32,279 nucleotides of DNA, from contig RFFQ01000105.1 of assembly GCA_003697105.1 (NCBI GenBank), positions 1 through 32,279 of the forward strand, in the 5' to 3' direction. The stretch comes from Gemmatimonadota bacterium. Its GTDB lineage: Bacteria > 4572-55 > J002. The position numbers and the translations under genes are program-made. The notes beneath the pieces were generated by a model. The model saw nothing but the letters and a program-made list of their open reading frames with translations. It had not been told where the DNA came from and did no database searches. The first letter of the stretch is position 1. Each line of letters begins with the position of its first letter. This document shows, piece after piece, positions 17,761 to 27,151 of this stretch.

Positions 17761-20700
17761 ATGCGTTATTTTTTTGTGTTTGTCGCGGCTCTAGCACTGA
17801 TGCTGGGTCCGGCATGGGCGGCTGATTTTATTTTAACAACCGCTGATGAACCGGTCGTGGAAGACTTTGCCACATTTGAAGGTGCCGGTTTCGCCCCAGA
17901 ACCCGGAACGGGTCAACTGGATTCCGATAGTTGGATTGCAACCGGGCTTTCCGATGGGGACATGATGTACGGCGGTACGTATGACAGCGGTGATTATGCC
18001 AAAGGGATGTCCGATGGCAGTGTCACCAGTGGCGGAATTTATGCCTTTCATACCGGTGGTGGCAATTATGGCTTAGGTGTCCAGCCGACCGGTAGTGACT
18101 GGTCTCCCGGCACGTTTGATCTGCGCATTCTCAACAGCACCGGTGAAACCTTGACCTCACTAGATGTCAGTTACAACCTGTGGGTCAATAATGATGCGGA
18201 TCGCGGCAATAGCTTTGACCTCTACTATTCCACCGATGGGGAAACCTTTTTGGAAACCGGTCTGACCTATATCTCACCGGAAGCGGCAGATGGTAACGGC
18301 TGGGTATCCAATCCGTTTAGCACCACGCTAGCGGGTCTCACGGTGGATGATGGTAGCTATATCTATCTGCGGTGGCACAGTGATGATATGGTAGGTGGTG
18401 GCTCCCGCGATGAATTCGCCCTTGATGATGTCAGTGTGACCGGTATGTCCGGGCAAATTAGTGGGGCGGTCATCGAAGCCGACCCCGCCAACCTTGACTT
18501 CGGGAGTGTGGATGTGGGAATGTCCGCCACGCTGAGTACCGTTATCTCGAATACCGGTAACCAGACCTTGACGATCAATAGTGTGGAGATTGATAATCCC
18601 GCATTTACCACAGAGGTCAGTGCTCCGTTTACCATCGCTCCGGGGGGTAGTGAGAGCATCAGTGTGACTTATACCGCCAATGATGCCGGTGAAGCGAGCG
18701 GTACTCTGACCCTCGATAATACGTCGATCAATAATCCGATGTTAGGGGTGGACTTGGTTGGATTTGGTGTCCCGACGGTTGTTACACCCATTGGTGATAT
18801 TCAGGCAGACCCCGCCAGTTATGACGGGCAAGTCGTACGGATTGAAGGGGTCGTCACGGCGGGCTCCGGTCTGTTGCACGGTAGCCGTACCAACGTGTTT
18901 GTGCAAGATGATTCCGGCAGCGGAATTATGCTATTTGATTTTAATTTGATCTATCAGACCGAGTTGGTACGCGGTAATGAGGTGCGTGTAGTCGGTGAAG
19001 TGACCGAATACGGCGGTGGCTGTCCCACAACGGAAATCACGAATTTTACGGTGGAAGTCCTCTCCTCTGGTAATCCAGAACCGGCACCTATCGTCTTGAG
19101 TACGGGTGACGCTGGCGGCGCAGACCCTGCCTTGTACGAAGGCACGTTGATTCAATCCGCCGGAATGATCAACGATGTCTTTTATGTCGGCGGTGGTACT
19201 AATATCACCATCAACGATGGTAGCGGGGATGCGGTCTTCCGGGTATGGGACAATACCGGTATTGATTTAGAAAATGTCGAAGTCGGTATGATGGCAACCT
19301 TGACCGGTGTGGCCTCCTGCTTTAACGATGCCCCGCAATATTTACCTGCCTATCAAGATCAAATTGAAATGGAAGCCGTCACCGACCCGCTGATTACTGT
19401 CGATCCGATGAGTATCGATTTTGGTCCGGTGGATGTCGGGGGTTCGGCGGATGCAATAGTGACTATCAGCAATACCGGCGGGGCGACGCTTTCTATCGCC
19501 GGATTGAGTACCGATAATGAGGTCTTCACTGTGGATGTGAGCGCGCCGATTGACATTGAACCGGGGATGTCCACCAATGTGACCGTGACCTTCAGCCCAG
19601 ATATGGCAGATAATTTTACGGGCATGTTGACCATCACCAGCAACGCCGTGAATTCTCCGGTGGTTGAGGTGGCGCTGAGCGGTCAAGGCGTGAATGTGGG
19701 AGATGTACCGGCACTGGTCATCAATGAAATCATGCAGAATCCCTCCATGGTGAGTGATGGTCAAGGCGAATGGTTTGAGCTTTACAATGCCGGTGCGGAA
19801 GCCGTTAATCTGGAAGGCTGGATTGTCCGGGATAATGATGATGACTATTTTGAGATCAGCGGGCTGCTTTCCATCGAACCGGATGGATATTTAGTGCTCG
19901 GTATCAATGCCGATTTTAACACGAACGGCGGTGTTAATGTGGATTATGAATATCCGGTGGAGTTTGGCTTGAGCAACAGCGCCGATGAAATCGTCTTGCT
20001 GATGCCAGACCTCACCGAAGTGGACCGGGTGGAGTATGACGGTGGTCCCGAGTTCCCCGATCCGAATGGAGCGTCCATGTCGTTGATTAGCCCTGCGCTC
20101 GATAACAACGTAGGAGAAAACTGGGCAGAAGCAACAACCCCGTGGGGTGAAGGTACCGACCTCGGAACCCCGGGTGCCCCCAATGACGTCGGCGGTGAGG
20201 GAGTGATTATCACTGTCGATCCGGCAGACCTCGATTTTGGCACCGTTTTCGTCGGTGAAACCGCTTCTGCCACGCTGATGATCACCAATATGGGGACGGC
20301 AACCTTAACGATTTCTGAAGTTGTCATTGATGAACCGGTCTTTTCCACCACCGTTATCACCCCGCTGGAAATTAACCCGGGATCAACCTTCAACATGACC
20401 GTGCGCTTCTCACCGGATGCGGAAGGGGAATTTAGCGGGTCCCTCACGCTGATCAGCAATGCCGATAATGCACCGGAACTGGTCGTGCCGTTAATGGGTG
20501 TTGGACAAGCGGCGCTGGAACCGGTACCGATCAGCGAAATCCAAATGGACCCCGCTTCTTTTGAAGGACAGACCGTCATGATTGAAGGGGTCGTAACCGA
20601 TGGGGCTGGTGTGACCAATGATTTTCGCCTAAATGCCTTTATTCAAGATGATTCGGGCTACGGCATTATGCTGTACAATAGCTCCTTGATTTATGAAACC

Positions 20701-23031
20701 GAACTGGTGCGCGGCAACGAAGTCCGGGTCACCGGAACCGTGACCGAATTTGCCGGCGGTTGTCCGACCACGGAAATTACCGACTTTACGGTAGAAGTGC
20801 TTTCCTCTGGTAATGCGGAACCGGCACCGCTGATCCGTACAACCGGCGAAGCCGGCGATCCGTCCGTGTTGGCGTATGAAGGAACGCTGATCCAATCCAC
20901 CGGGACGATCACGGATGTGTCCGGTACGGGTAATGTCAACATTACGATTGATGATGGCTCCGGTAGCACGGTCTTCCGCGTCTGGGAATCCACTGGCATT
21001 GACCTGAGTGAGGTACAAGTAGGCCGAACGGCAACACTGAGAGGGATTATCTCGTGTTTCAGTGGCAACCCGCAACATCTGCCCGCCTATCAAGATCATA
21101 TTGAAGTGGAAGTCAGTGCCGATCCATTGATTGGGGTCGAACCGGCGGCAATGGATTTTGGCAGTGTGCTTGTCGGTGAATCTGCTGTTGAGATGGCAAC
21201 GATCAGTAACAGCGGCGGTAGCACCTTGACCATCAGTGACATTGCAAGTGATAATCCCGCCTTTACGGTTGATGTTAGCACGCCGATTAATATCGAGCCG
21301 GAAGAGAGTGTAACCGTTGATGTCACGTTTAGCCCCGATATGGCAGGTGAGTTCAGCGGTATTTTGAGCATCACCAGCAACGCGGGGAACTTCCCGGTGC
21401 TGGAAGTCGCCTTAAGCGGGATAGGATATGAACCGGTGGAAATTCGGGATGTGGTCTTCACCGAAATCATGTATAACCCGTCCAGCGAACAAGGTAGCGA
21501 TGAGTTTTATGAATACGCCGAATTGTACAATAATGATACCGAACCGGCAGACCTCTCCGGCTTTGAGTACAAAGATAATGTCGATGACCATATCTTTGTG
21601 TTGCCAGCAGGTACGATTTTACAACCGGGTGAATATTTAGTGCTCGCGGCTAATGCCGATTCGATTCGCGCCTATTACGGGATCGATAATGTGATCGGGG
21701 ATGTGGGCATTGCTTTAAATAATGGCGGCGATGCCGTGCGGCTGTTTGCCCCAGATGGTCAACTGGTAGATGCGGTGACCTTCACGGATGACCCGCCGTG
21801 GCCCGTGGAAGCGGACGGTCAAGGTCCGGCACTGGAACTGATCGATCCCAATCTGGATAATTCGTTGCCGGAAAATTGGACGGTCTGTGCCTTTGGAGGC
21901 ACGCCGGGCATGGAAAACTGCGGCAATCTGGAAACCTATTCGATTTCAGGAATGGTGACGTACGCGCTGGGCGATAATCCACCCGTGCCGGAGGTGATAG
22001 TCTCCAGTGGGGAGTACATGGGCAATAGTGATGCGGATGGAATGTACATGATCACCGGTGTGCCGGCAGGCGAATACACCTTTATCGCCGAACGGACACC
22101 CAGTGTGGACCCGGCACAAGGTATCAGTGCGTTTGATGCGGCACGAGTCGCACAATATTCTGTGGGAAGTTATGATTTTGATGAATATCAACTTATCGCC
22201 GCAGATGTAACCGGTGACGGTAGTATCTCGCCGTTTGATGCCGCCCGAATTGCCCAATACGCCATTCGCTTGCCACAAAGCAGCCGTGCTGGGGAGTGGG
22301 CGTTTCTGCCGGAAAGTTACACCTACGCCCCCCTCGAAATGGATATGGTGGATCAGGATTTCACGGCGATTTTGTACGGCGAAGTAACCGGAAACTGGTC
22401 GCCTTCTGCCGCAGCGCGGGCAAGCAAACACCAAAACGTAGAAATTCGGAATCAGGAAGCCGGTGTCCGCGTGGTTGGCAACCAGATTCAACGAGTTGAT
22501 GAGGTAGATGCGGTGATCGCATTTCAGTTTGTCCTGCGCACCGAGACGGATCCGCAACTGGCACAAAATGTTCCGGCAGATTGGACGTTGATCCACCACC
22601 GGTTTGAAGATGGCACGGTGTCCGTTGCCGCGTTTGGGGTGACTCCCCTCAGCGGTACGGAACTTTTGGATGTCTCCGCAGAGACGGAAATCCTCGCCGG
22701 GCAGATCAATGAACACCCTGCAAAAGTGCTGGCGACAATCCATGTGCCAGAGCAGGTTACTTTGCATCAAAACGTACCGAATCCGTTCAATCCCAAGACC
22801 GCGATCCGGTATGAATTGCCCCAATCGATGGCAGTCCATCTGCAGGTGTATGATGTCGCCGGTCGTTTGGTACAGACCTTACTCGATGGTGCCACCCAAG
22901 CGGCCGGTCAATATACGGTGGAATGGAACGGCACAGACCTAAGTGGGCAACCGGTAAGTAGCGGTCTCTATTTTTACCGTTTGGAAACCGGTGAATTTAC
23001 GGACATGAAGTCCATGATTTTACTCCGCTAA
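17761..23031 (+). CDS. Large acidic secreted modular protein: N-domain, 2x(ASH-OB-OB-ASH-lamin tail), carboxypeptidase-regulatory-like, dockerin-like, FlgD-Ig/T9SS-type-A-like C-terminal domain
   Basis: AGGAGG RBS before ATG 17761; signal peptide AWA-AD; four DFG.V...I.N.G...L.I ASH/choice-of-anchor-D repeats; two OB regions (I.DIQ...G..V.IEGVVT...QDDSG.GI); two LTDs (INEIMQNP...EWFELYN, FTEIMYNP...EYAELYN, GTPG..N); dockerin-like SAFDAA...ADVTGDGSISPFDAA; C-terminal QNVPNPFNP...WNGTD..G..VSSGLYFYRL. Confidence 0.88.
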   Translation: MRYFFVFVAALALMLGPAWAADFILTTADEPVVEDFATFEGAGFAPEPGTGQLDSDSWIATGLSDGDMMYGGTYDSGDYAKGMSDGSVTSGGIYAFHTGGGNYGLGVQPTGSDWSPGTFDLRILNSTGETLTSLDVSYNLWVNNDADRGNSFDLYYSTDGETFLETGLTYISPEAADGNGWVSNPFSTTLAGLTVDDGSYIYLRWHSDDMVGGGSRDEFALDDVSVTGMSGQISGAVIEADPANLDFGSVDVGMSATLSTVISNTGNQTLTINSVEIDNPAFTTEVSAPFTIAPGGSESISVTYTANDAGEASGTLTLDNTSINNPMLGVDLVGFGVPTVVTPIGDIQADPASYDGQVVRIEGVVTAGSGLLHGSRTNVFVQDDSGSGIMLFDFNLIYQTELVRGNEVRVVGEVTEYGGGCPTTEITNFTVEVLSSGNPEPAPIVLSTGDAGGADPALYEGTLIQSAGMINDVFYVGGGTNITINDGSGDAVFRVWDNTGIDLENVEVGMMATLTGVASCFNDAPQYLPAYQDQIEMEAVTDPLITVDPMSIDFGPVDVGGSADAIVTISNTGGATLSIAGLSTDNEVFTVDVSAPIDIEPGMSTNVTVTFSPDMADNFTGMLTITSNAVNSPVVEVALSGQGVNVGDVPALVINEIMQNPSMVSDGQGEWFELYNAGAEAVNLEGWIVRDNDDDYFEISGLLSIEPDGYLVLGINADFNTNGGVNVDYEYPVEFGLSNSADEIVLLMPDLTEVDRVEYDGGPEFPDPNGASMSLISPALDNNVGENWAEATTPWGEGTDLGTPGAPNDVGGEGVIITVDPADLDFGTVFVGETASATLMITNMGTATLTISEVVIDEPVFSTTVITPLEINPGSTFNMTVRFSPDAEGEFSGSLTLISNADNAPELVVPLMGVGQAALEPVPISEIQMDPASFEGQTVMIEGVVTDGAGVTNDFRLNAFIQDDSGYGIMLYNSSLIYETELVRGNEVRVTGTVTEFAGGCPTTEITDFTVEVLSSGNAEPAPLIRTTGEAGDPSVLAYEGTLIQSTGTITDVSGTGNVNITIDDGSGSTVFRVWESTGIDLSEVQVGRTATLRGIISCFSGNPQHLPAYQDHIEVEVSADPLIGVEPAAMDFGSVLVGESAVEMATISNSGGSTLTISDIASDNPAFTVDVSTPINIEPEESVTVDVTFSPDMAGEFSGILSITSNAGNFPVLEVALSGIGYEPVEIRDVVFTEIMYNPSSEQGSDEFYEYAELYNNDTEPADLSGFEYKDNVDDHIFVLPAGTILQPGEYLVLAANADSIRAYYGIDNVIGDVGIALNNGGDAVRLFAPDGQLVDAVTFTDDPPWPVEADGQGPALELIDPNLDNSLPENWTVCAFGGTPGMENCGNLETYSISGMVTYALGDNPPVPEVIVSSGEYMGNSDADGMYMITGVPAGEYTFIAERTPSVDPAQGISAFDAARVAQYSVGSYDFDEYQLIAADVTGDGSISPFDAARIAQYAIRLPQSSRAGEWAFLPESYTYAPLEMDMVDQDFTAILYGEVTGNWSPSAAARASKHQNVEIRNQEAGVRVVGNQIQRVDEVDAVIAFQFVLRTETDPQLAQNVPADWTLIHHRFEDGTVSVAAFGVTPLSGTELLDVSAETEILAGQINEHPAKVLATIHVPEQVTLHQNVPNPFNPKTAIRYELPQSMAVHLQVYDVAGRLVQTLLDGATQAAGQYTVEWNGTDLSGQPVSSGLYFYRLETGEFTDMKSMILLR
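18466..21930 (+). repeat. Intragenic tandem duplication of a ~1.73-kb ASH-OB-OB-ASH-LTD module
   Basis: Copies at about 18466-20199 and 20200-21930, e.g. YQTELVRGNEVRVVGEVTEYGGGCPTTEITNFTVEVLSSGNPEPAP vs YETELVRGNEVRVTGTVTEFAGGCPTTEITDFTVEVLSSGNAEPAP. Confidence 0.9.
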
Positions 23032-23073
23032 ACGCGGTTTCATGCCACCGGTTTTTGCCGGGTTCAGATATGG

Positions 23074-23108
23074 ACGCGCTATGTTCTTCGGAATGTAGCG
23101 CGTTTTTT
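23074..23108 (+). terminator. Rho-independent terminator
   Basis: ACGCGCTATGTTC-TTCG-GAATGTAGCGCGT 13-bp stem with a cUUCGg tetraloop, followed by TTTTT. Confidence 0.88.
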
Positions 23109-23197
23109 AGTTTGGGAGAAAGACGGACTGCCGGGTAAAATCCGTTTTAAGGGCAGGTAATCATGTAGCACCCTTATAAAAATACGGAAGCGGGGAG

Positions 23198-24514
23198 TTA
23201 TTCCCCACGAAGACATGATGATGTTCTTGTGAACAGGTAGGCATTGGCAATGATCCGGCCACTCACAAAGGCGGTAGTTGCGGCAATAGCCCCAATCGCA
23301 TTGATACCAGAAATCATCACAAATAGAATACTCATCATTCCCACGACTTCGGCAGCGGTTGCAATGGTGATTCCGCCCGTACGTTTGGCATTTACAAGAA
23401 TTGCCCGTTGAAACGCCAACAAAATGGCTAAACCGGGTAAAATGCAAACGATGCGGATCGGGATGCGGGCAAATTCGGTCAGTTCCGGAGTTAACCCGCC
23501 GATACGCTGAAACCAAATGGAAGAGAGCGGGGTATAGCCAATCAATGCGAGCAGGCTCACGGTAATTAGTCCGAGGCGCAAGGCAAATCGGCGTAAGGCA
23601 GGGAAACCTTCATTTTTATCGCCTAAAAAGGTGATTGCCACTTCCTGAAACGCCAATCCCACACTGACAAAAATAAAGGTGGTGGAGTTGATTACCGGAA
23701 GTACTGCGAGAGATTCCAATGCAGACCGGCTTTGCCCCACAAAAAAGGTCACCAGAGGGCGTACTCCCAAAGAGAGCATTGAAGAGAGCGCCAACGGATA
23801 GTAAAACTGGATGATTCCGCGATACGTCAGCGGTTCTGTCGCCGGATTGGGGGCGGTGTAAGCCACGGTGCGCACACTTGACCATGCCATGATGCGGGTG
23901 AAGATGGCTTCCAGCGTAACGCCTGTTGACATTGCGGCGGCACCTAGATACGCTCCGGCAGTATCCGTGAAAAAATAAAGCCCGAGTGCCGTCAACGCCA
24001 TTGAAATAAGCCGGATGACGGTACCATAAGCGACGCGCTGGGTCTGGTTGTTGCGGATCAAAATACCCTGATAAAACCGGCGGTAGCCAATTGCCGCCGG
24101 CCACGGGATGAGCAAAATCAATGTGATGTAGGTCAGTTGGGCAACTTCCGGCGGGAGACCGATCAAGCCGTACATGATCTCCTCAAAAAGGGGTGTGAAG
24201 ATCAGCCCAAGCATCGCTATTGTGATGAGTATCTTCAAGGCGAAAAGGAAATTACGCAATTTGAGGTAGGAGAGCCGGTCTCGCACCAGCGCCACAGAAG
24301 CACTCATGATCATAATGATCGGTGCTTCGATCATCAACCCGAAGGAAAACGCCACCCCGTATGCTGCTAGATTGAATTTCGGTTCAGCGAGGCGGGCAAT
24401 CACGGCGGCAATGAAGGGACCCTCCACCGCCATCATTAACCACGTCGCCGCAAGGGGGCTCCAAAATTTGAAGATCGTCAACTGAGATATAGTATTAGTG
24501 GGTTGGGGATGCAT
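23198..24514 (-). CDS. MATE/MOP-superfamily membrane transporter, ANKH-like
   Basis: About 12 hydrophobic segments in two repeats (IFKFWSPLA / IIQFYYPLA; FYQGILI / FQRAILV); LAAYGVAFS resembles the ANKH LASYGLAYS segment as recalled. Confidence 0.75.
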   Translation of the reverse strand: MHPQPTNTISQLTIFKFWSPLAATWLMMAVEGPFIAAVIARLAEPKFNLAAYGVAFSFGLMIEAPIIMIMSASVALVRDRLSYLKLRNFLFALKILITIAMLGLIFTPLFEEIMYGLIGLPPEVAQLTYITLILLIPWPAAIGYRRFYQGILIRNNQTQRVAYGTVIRLISMALTALGLYFFTDTAGAYLGAAAMSTGVTLEAIFTRIMAWSSVRTVAYTAPNPATEPLTYRGIIQFYYPLALSSMLSLGVRPLVTFFVGQSRSALESLAVLPVINSTTFIFVSVGLAFQEVAITFLGDKNEGFPALRRFALRLGLITVSLLALIGYTPLSSIWFQRIGGLTPELTEFARIPIRIVCILPGLAILLAFQRAILVNAKRTGGITIATAAEVVGMMSILFVMISGINAIGAIAATTAFVSGRIIANAYLFTRTSSCLRGE

Positions 24515-25790
24515 GTTCGATACGCTTTAAGAGAACCTCTCGCCGCTGGTAGTCCAAAATTAGCAGATAATAAAGCACGACTCCGATGCAGTACAATCCT
24601 GCCGTGATCAAAAAAATGCGATAATAGGGCAGATTCATTGCTCGCAAATACTGAAAAATTTTGGCGCTAATAAACCATGAACCACTCCAAATGCTGGACG
24701 TCAATGCGCTAATGAGTTCCTGATTTTTTTCGCCGACATATTTCATCACCAGTTCGCTGGTCATCGGATTTGCCATGTTCATTAGTGGCTGCCGGAAAAT
24801 ATAACACAAAATGGCGACAAAAACGACCCCCGGCACGTCCGCCACCAACTCCGTTAGCGCCATCATGACGAGAAAGAAGATCGAGAGGGCTTGCGAAAGC
24901 GTGATGGCGATCTTATAGCCAAATTTCCGCCGAATGAGGGGGACGGTCAGAGCGGCGCTAAACACCAAAATCGCTGTAGCACTGCCGATTAGACTGAATT
25001 GCTCGGAATCGATCCCAAACACATTGAAGAAAAAAAGGTTGATAAACGGTATCGTCAAGCCTGCACCCACAGCGATCAAGATTGTGGGCACAACGGACTT
25101 AAAAATCAAATCCCAATCGTAATCAAACAGGGAGGTCAAGCCGGTGCGGGTTACCGGAGGCGGCTTTACTTCTTCGATCTTCAATAACAGCGCGGTAGAG
25201 AGTGTACTCAGGATGATGATCACTTTTAAAATGTGGTACTCATCCCAGGGAAACGTGATGCCCAATGCGCTGAAATTACCGAACGAACTCAGCATAGCAA
25301 TGGTGAACCCGGCAATCAACAGGGCAGATGACCATGTGGAAAAATTGAGCGAGATTGATTCGGAGAGTGACGCTTCCGGAGCATTACGCATGATAAACGG
25401 CAGGACGCACACTTGCATCAACATCATCCCGAAGCCCCAGCCAAAAAAGCAACTTTTCAGGAGTAACATATTACCGATCTGCACGGCTTCGATCATCAAA
25501 AGCGAGGATAACGGGATTACAATAGCCGAAATTACAAAAAAAGGCTTGAGCCGCTTGCCTTTGATAAATAGCCCCATCGGGAAGGCAAACAGAAGTACCC
25601 CCAAAAACCGGAAAGACGTAAAATAGGCAATTTGATCGTCAGGGTAGCCCATTTTGCTCATGTAGATGTTTAAAATCAACATGAACGATGAGGTCACTAG
25701 GTGCAGAGTAAGTCCCGATAAGACGAGTAAAAAGATCGGTTGGGGCACATGACGGTACTGCCCAATGATTCGCTTAAAAAAGTCGCGCAT
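24495..25790 (-). CDS. MFS transporter
   Basis: About 12 TM segments; LNIY...GY, GAGLTIPFINLFF, FRQPLMNMANP; ATG 25790 with AAGGA RBS; overlaps the next gene by 20 bp. Confidence 0.85.
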   Translation of the reverse strand: MRDFFKRIIGQYRHVPQPIFLLVLSGLTLHLVTSSFMLILNIYMSKMGYPDDQIAYFTSFRFLGVLLFAFPMGLFIKGKRLKPFFVISAIVIPLSSLLMIEAVQIGNMLLLKSCFFGWGFGMMLMQVCVLPFIMRNAPEASLSESISLNFSTWSSALLIAGFTIAMLSSFGNFSALGITFPWDEYHILKVIIILSTLSTALLLKIEEVKPPPVTRTGLTSLFDYDWDLIFKSVVPTILIAVGAGLTIPFINLFFFNVFGIDSEQFSLIGSATAILVFSAALTVPLIRRKFGYKIAITLSQALSIFFLVMMALTELVADVPGVVFVAILCYIFRQPLMNMANPMTSELVMKYVGEKNQELISALTSSIWSGSWFISAKIFQYLRAMNLPYYRIFLITAGLYCIGVVLYYLLILDYQRREVLLKRIEHASPTH

Positions 25791-25855
25791 ATGTTCCTTA
25801 TGATGGATAAAATGAGAATAGAAGGTTTCGTGGGGCGATCGAGAGGGGGAGAGGA

Positions 25856-25883
25856 AATGTAACAATTAGCGGGGGAAAGTCAA
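25856..25883 (-). promoter_or_regulatory. Putative promoter for the MFS and MATE pair
   Basis: TTGACT, 16 bp, TACATT, with an extended -10 TG. Confidence 0.4.
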
Positions 25884-25906
25884 GGTTAAAAGTAGGACGT
25901 AATCGC

Positions 25907-27148
25907 TCAAAACACTTTTTTGGTGCAGAGGTCTTCGATCCATGCCAGATAGCGTTCCAGATGAGTGTTTTCAGACCATAACTGACGGAGGGCTTGGTAG
26001 CCATTTTTGCCGAATTGGTGGCGCAAGGTGTCCTGAGTATAAAGGCGCTTCATCGCTTGAATCAATTCGGCTTCGGTGCGGAAGATCAAACCACCCTGAC
26101 TTTGGTGGACAAGTTCCGGAAGGGGTCCCCGATCCCGCACAATCACCGGTGTTTTGCTGGAAAAGGCTTCCATCACCACAAAACCAAACGTTTCATAAAA
26201 GAGCGAAGGGACAATCAGGGCAACGGCGTGGCGGTACAATTCGATCAACTCGGCGTAACTTTTTAAGCCTAAAAACCGGACATTTTCCAATCCGGCGGCA
26301 ATGGATTTCAACTGTGGCAGGGCGGGACCCGTCCCCGCAACGTGAAGTTCTATCTCTGGAAAATGTGCCATGACGGGGATTACGGTGTGAAAACCCTTTT
26401 CTTTGATCATGCGCCCCACCAGCAAAAAATAAGGACGATGGTGTTCTCCTGATAGTTCCGCGTACGTCTGTTGAACCCACTCTTCCGGTAAGAAGTACGG
26501 CAGATGGATCATGTGAGGGTGGCGGATTCCCCGATCATGGTGCTGGTTGCGGGCATGTTTGCTGGGGAAAATCAGCCCATCCAGATGGGCAAGTGCCTGG
26601 TTAACCCGGTGGAGAGAGCGCCAAAATTGAGGTGGGCGCTTGGCGTAGAGGGTGCAGCGGATACACTGCGGCTGCTGGCAGACTTCCCGATTCAATTTCC
26701 AGAGAAGGCTGAGCGGGCAAGTTAGCCAATGCTCATGTGCCGTCATGATTTTAACGGTTGAAGAAGATAAAGGCAATGCCAGCAGTTCTAAGCCACCAAT
26801 GAGCGAGATATTATGGAAATGCACCACATCAAATCGGGACTGATTCAAAATGTGTTGAACCGGTTGGCGGTATGCACCCAAACCCCCAGTTTGATGAGCC
26901 CATATTTGATTGAGGAGCGGAAATCGTGTTTGTAAGGCATGAAGTTTTAAGCCTGCCGGTGGAGTATACTCCCGGCCCGGATGATCGCCACGCAACACCT
27001 CGTAAGCATCACGGCAATAAATAATTGTGACCTCGTGACCTCGCCGGAGGAGCGCCCGGCTCAAATGATCCACATATCCGGCGTCTCCCCCAAAGCTGTG
27101 TGTGCCAAAAAAAGTGGTAATTAAGCAAAATTTCATGGGAAAATTCAT
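25907..27148 (-). CDS. Glycosyltransferase family 4 (GT-B)
   Basis: GG...L.RRGHEV, DVVHFHN, TAHEHW, GRMIKEKG, PSLFYETFGFVVMEA (EX7E motif). Confidence 0.93.
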   Translation of the reverse strand: MNFPMKFCLITTFFGTHSFGGDAGYVDHLSRALLRRGHEVTIIYCRDAYEVLRGDHPGREYTPPAGLKLHALQTRFPLLNQIWAHQTGGLGAYRQPVQHILNQSRFDVVHFHNISLIGGLELLALPLSSSTVKIMTAHEHWLTCPLSLLWKLNREVCQQPQCIRCTLYAKRPPQFWRSLHRVNQALAHLDGLIFPSKHARNQHHDRGIRHPHMIHLPYFLPEEWVQQTYAELSGEHHRPYFLLVGRMIKEKGFHTVIPVMAHFPEIELHVAGTGPALPQLKSIAAGLENVRFLGLKSYAELIELYRHAVALIVPSLFYETFGFVVMEAFSSKTPVIVRDRGPLPELVHQSQGGLIFRTEAELIQAMKRLYTQDTLRHQFGKNGYQALRQLWSENTHLERYLAWIEDLCTKKVF

Positions 27149-27151
27149 GAA

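Noticed and set aside
17833-22942. Long antisense and alternate-frame ORFs inside the large secreted gene (e.g. 19944..20618, 21946..22839)
   Set aside because: They overlap a clearly modular gene and show no recognisable motifs; consistent with codon-bias shadows.
23079-23516. 145-aa minus-strand ORF
   Set aside because: It is an alternate frame overlapping the MATE-like gene and runs into a terminator.
25791-25865. His-rich N-terminal extension of the MFS protein
   Set aside because: ATG 25790 has an AAGGA RBS, and the extension overlaps the predicted promoter.
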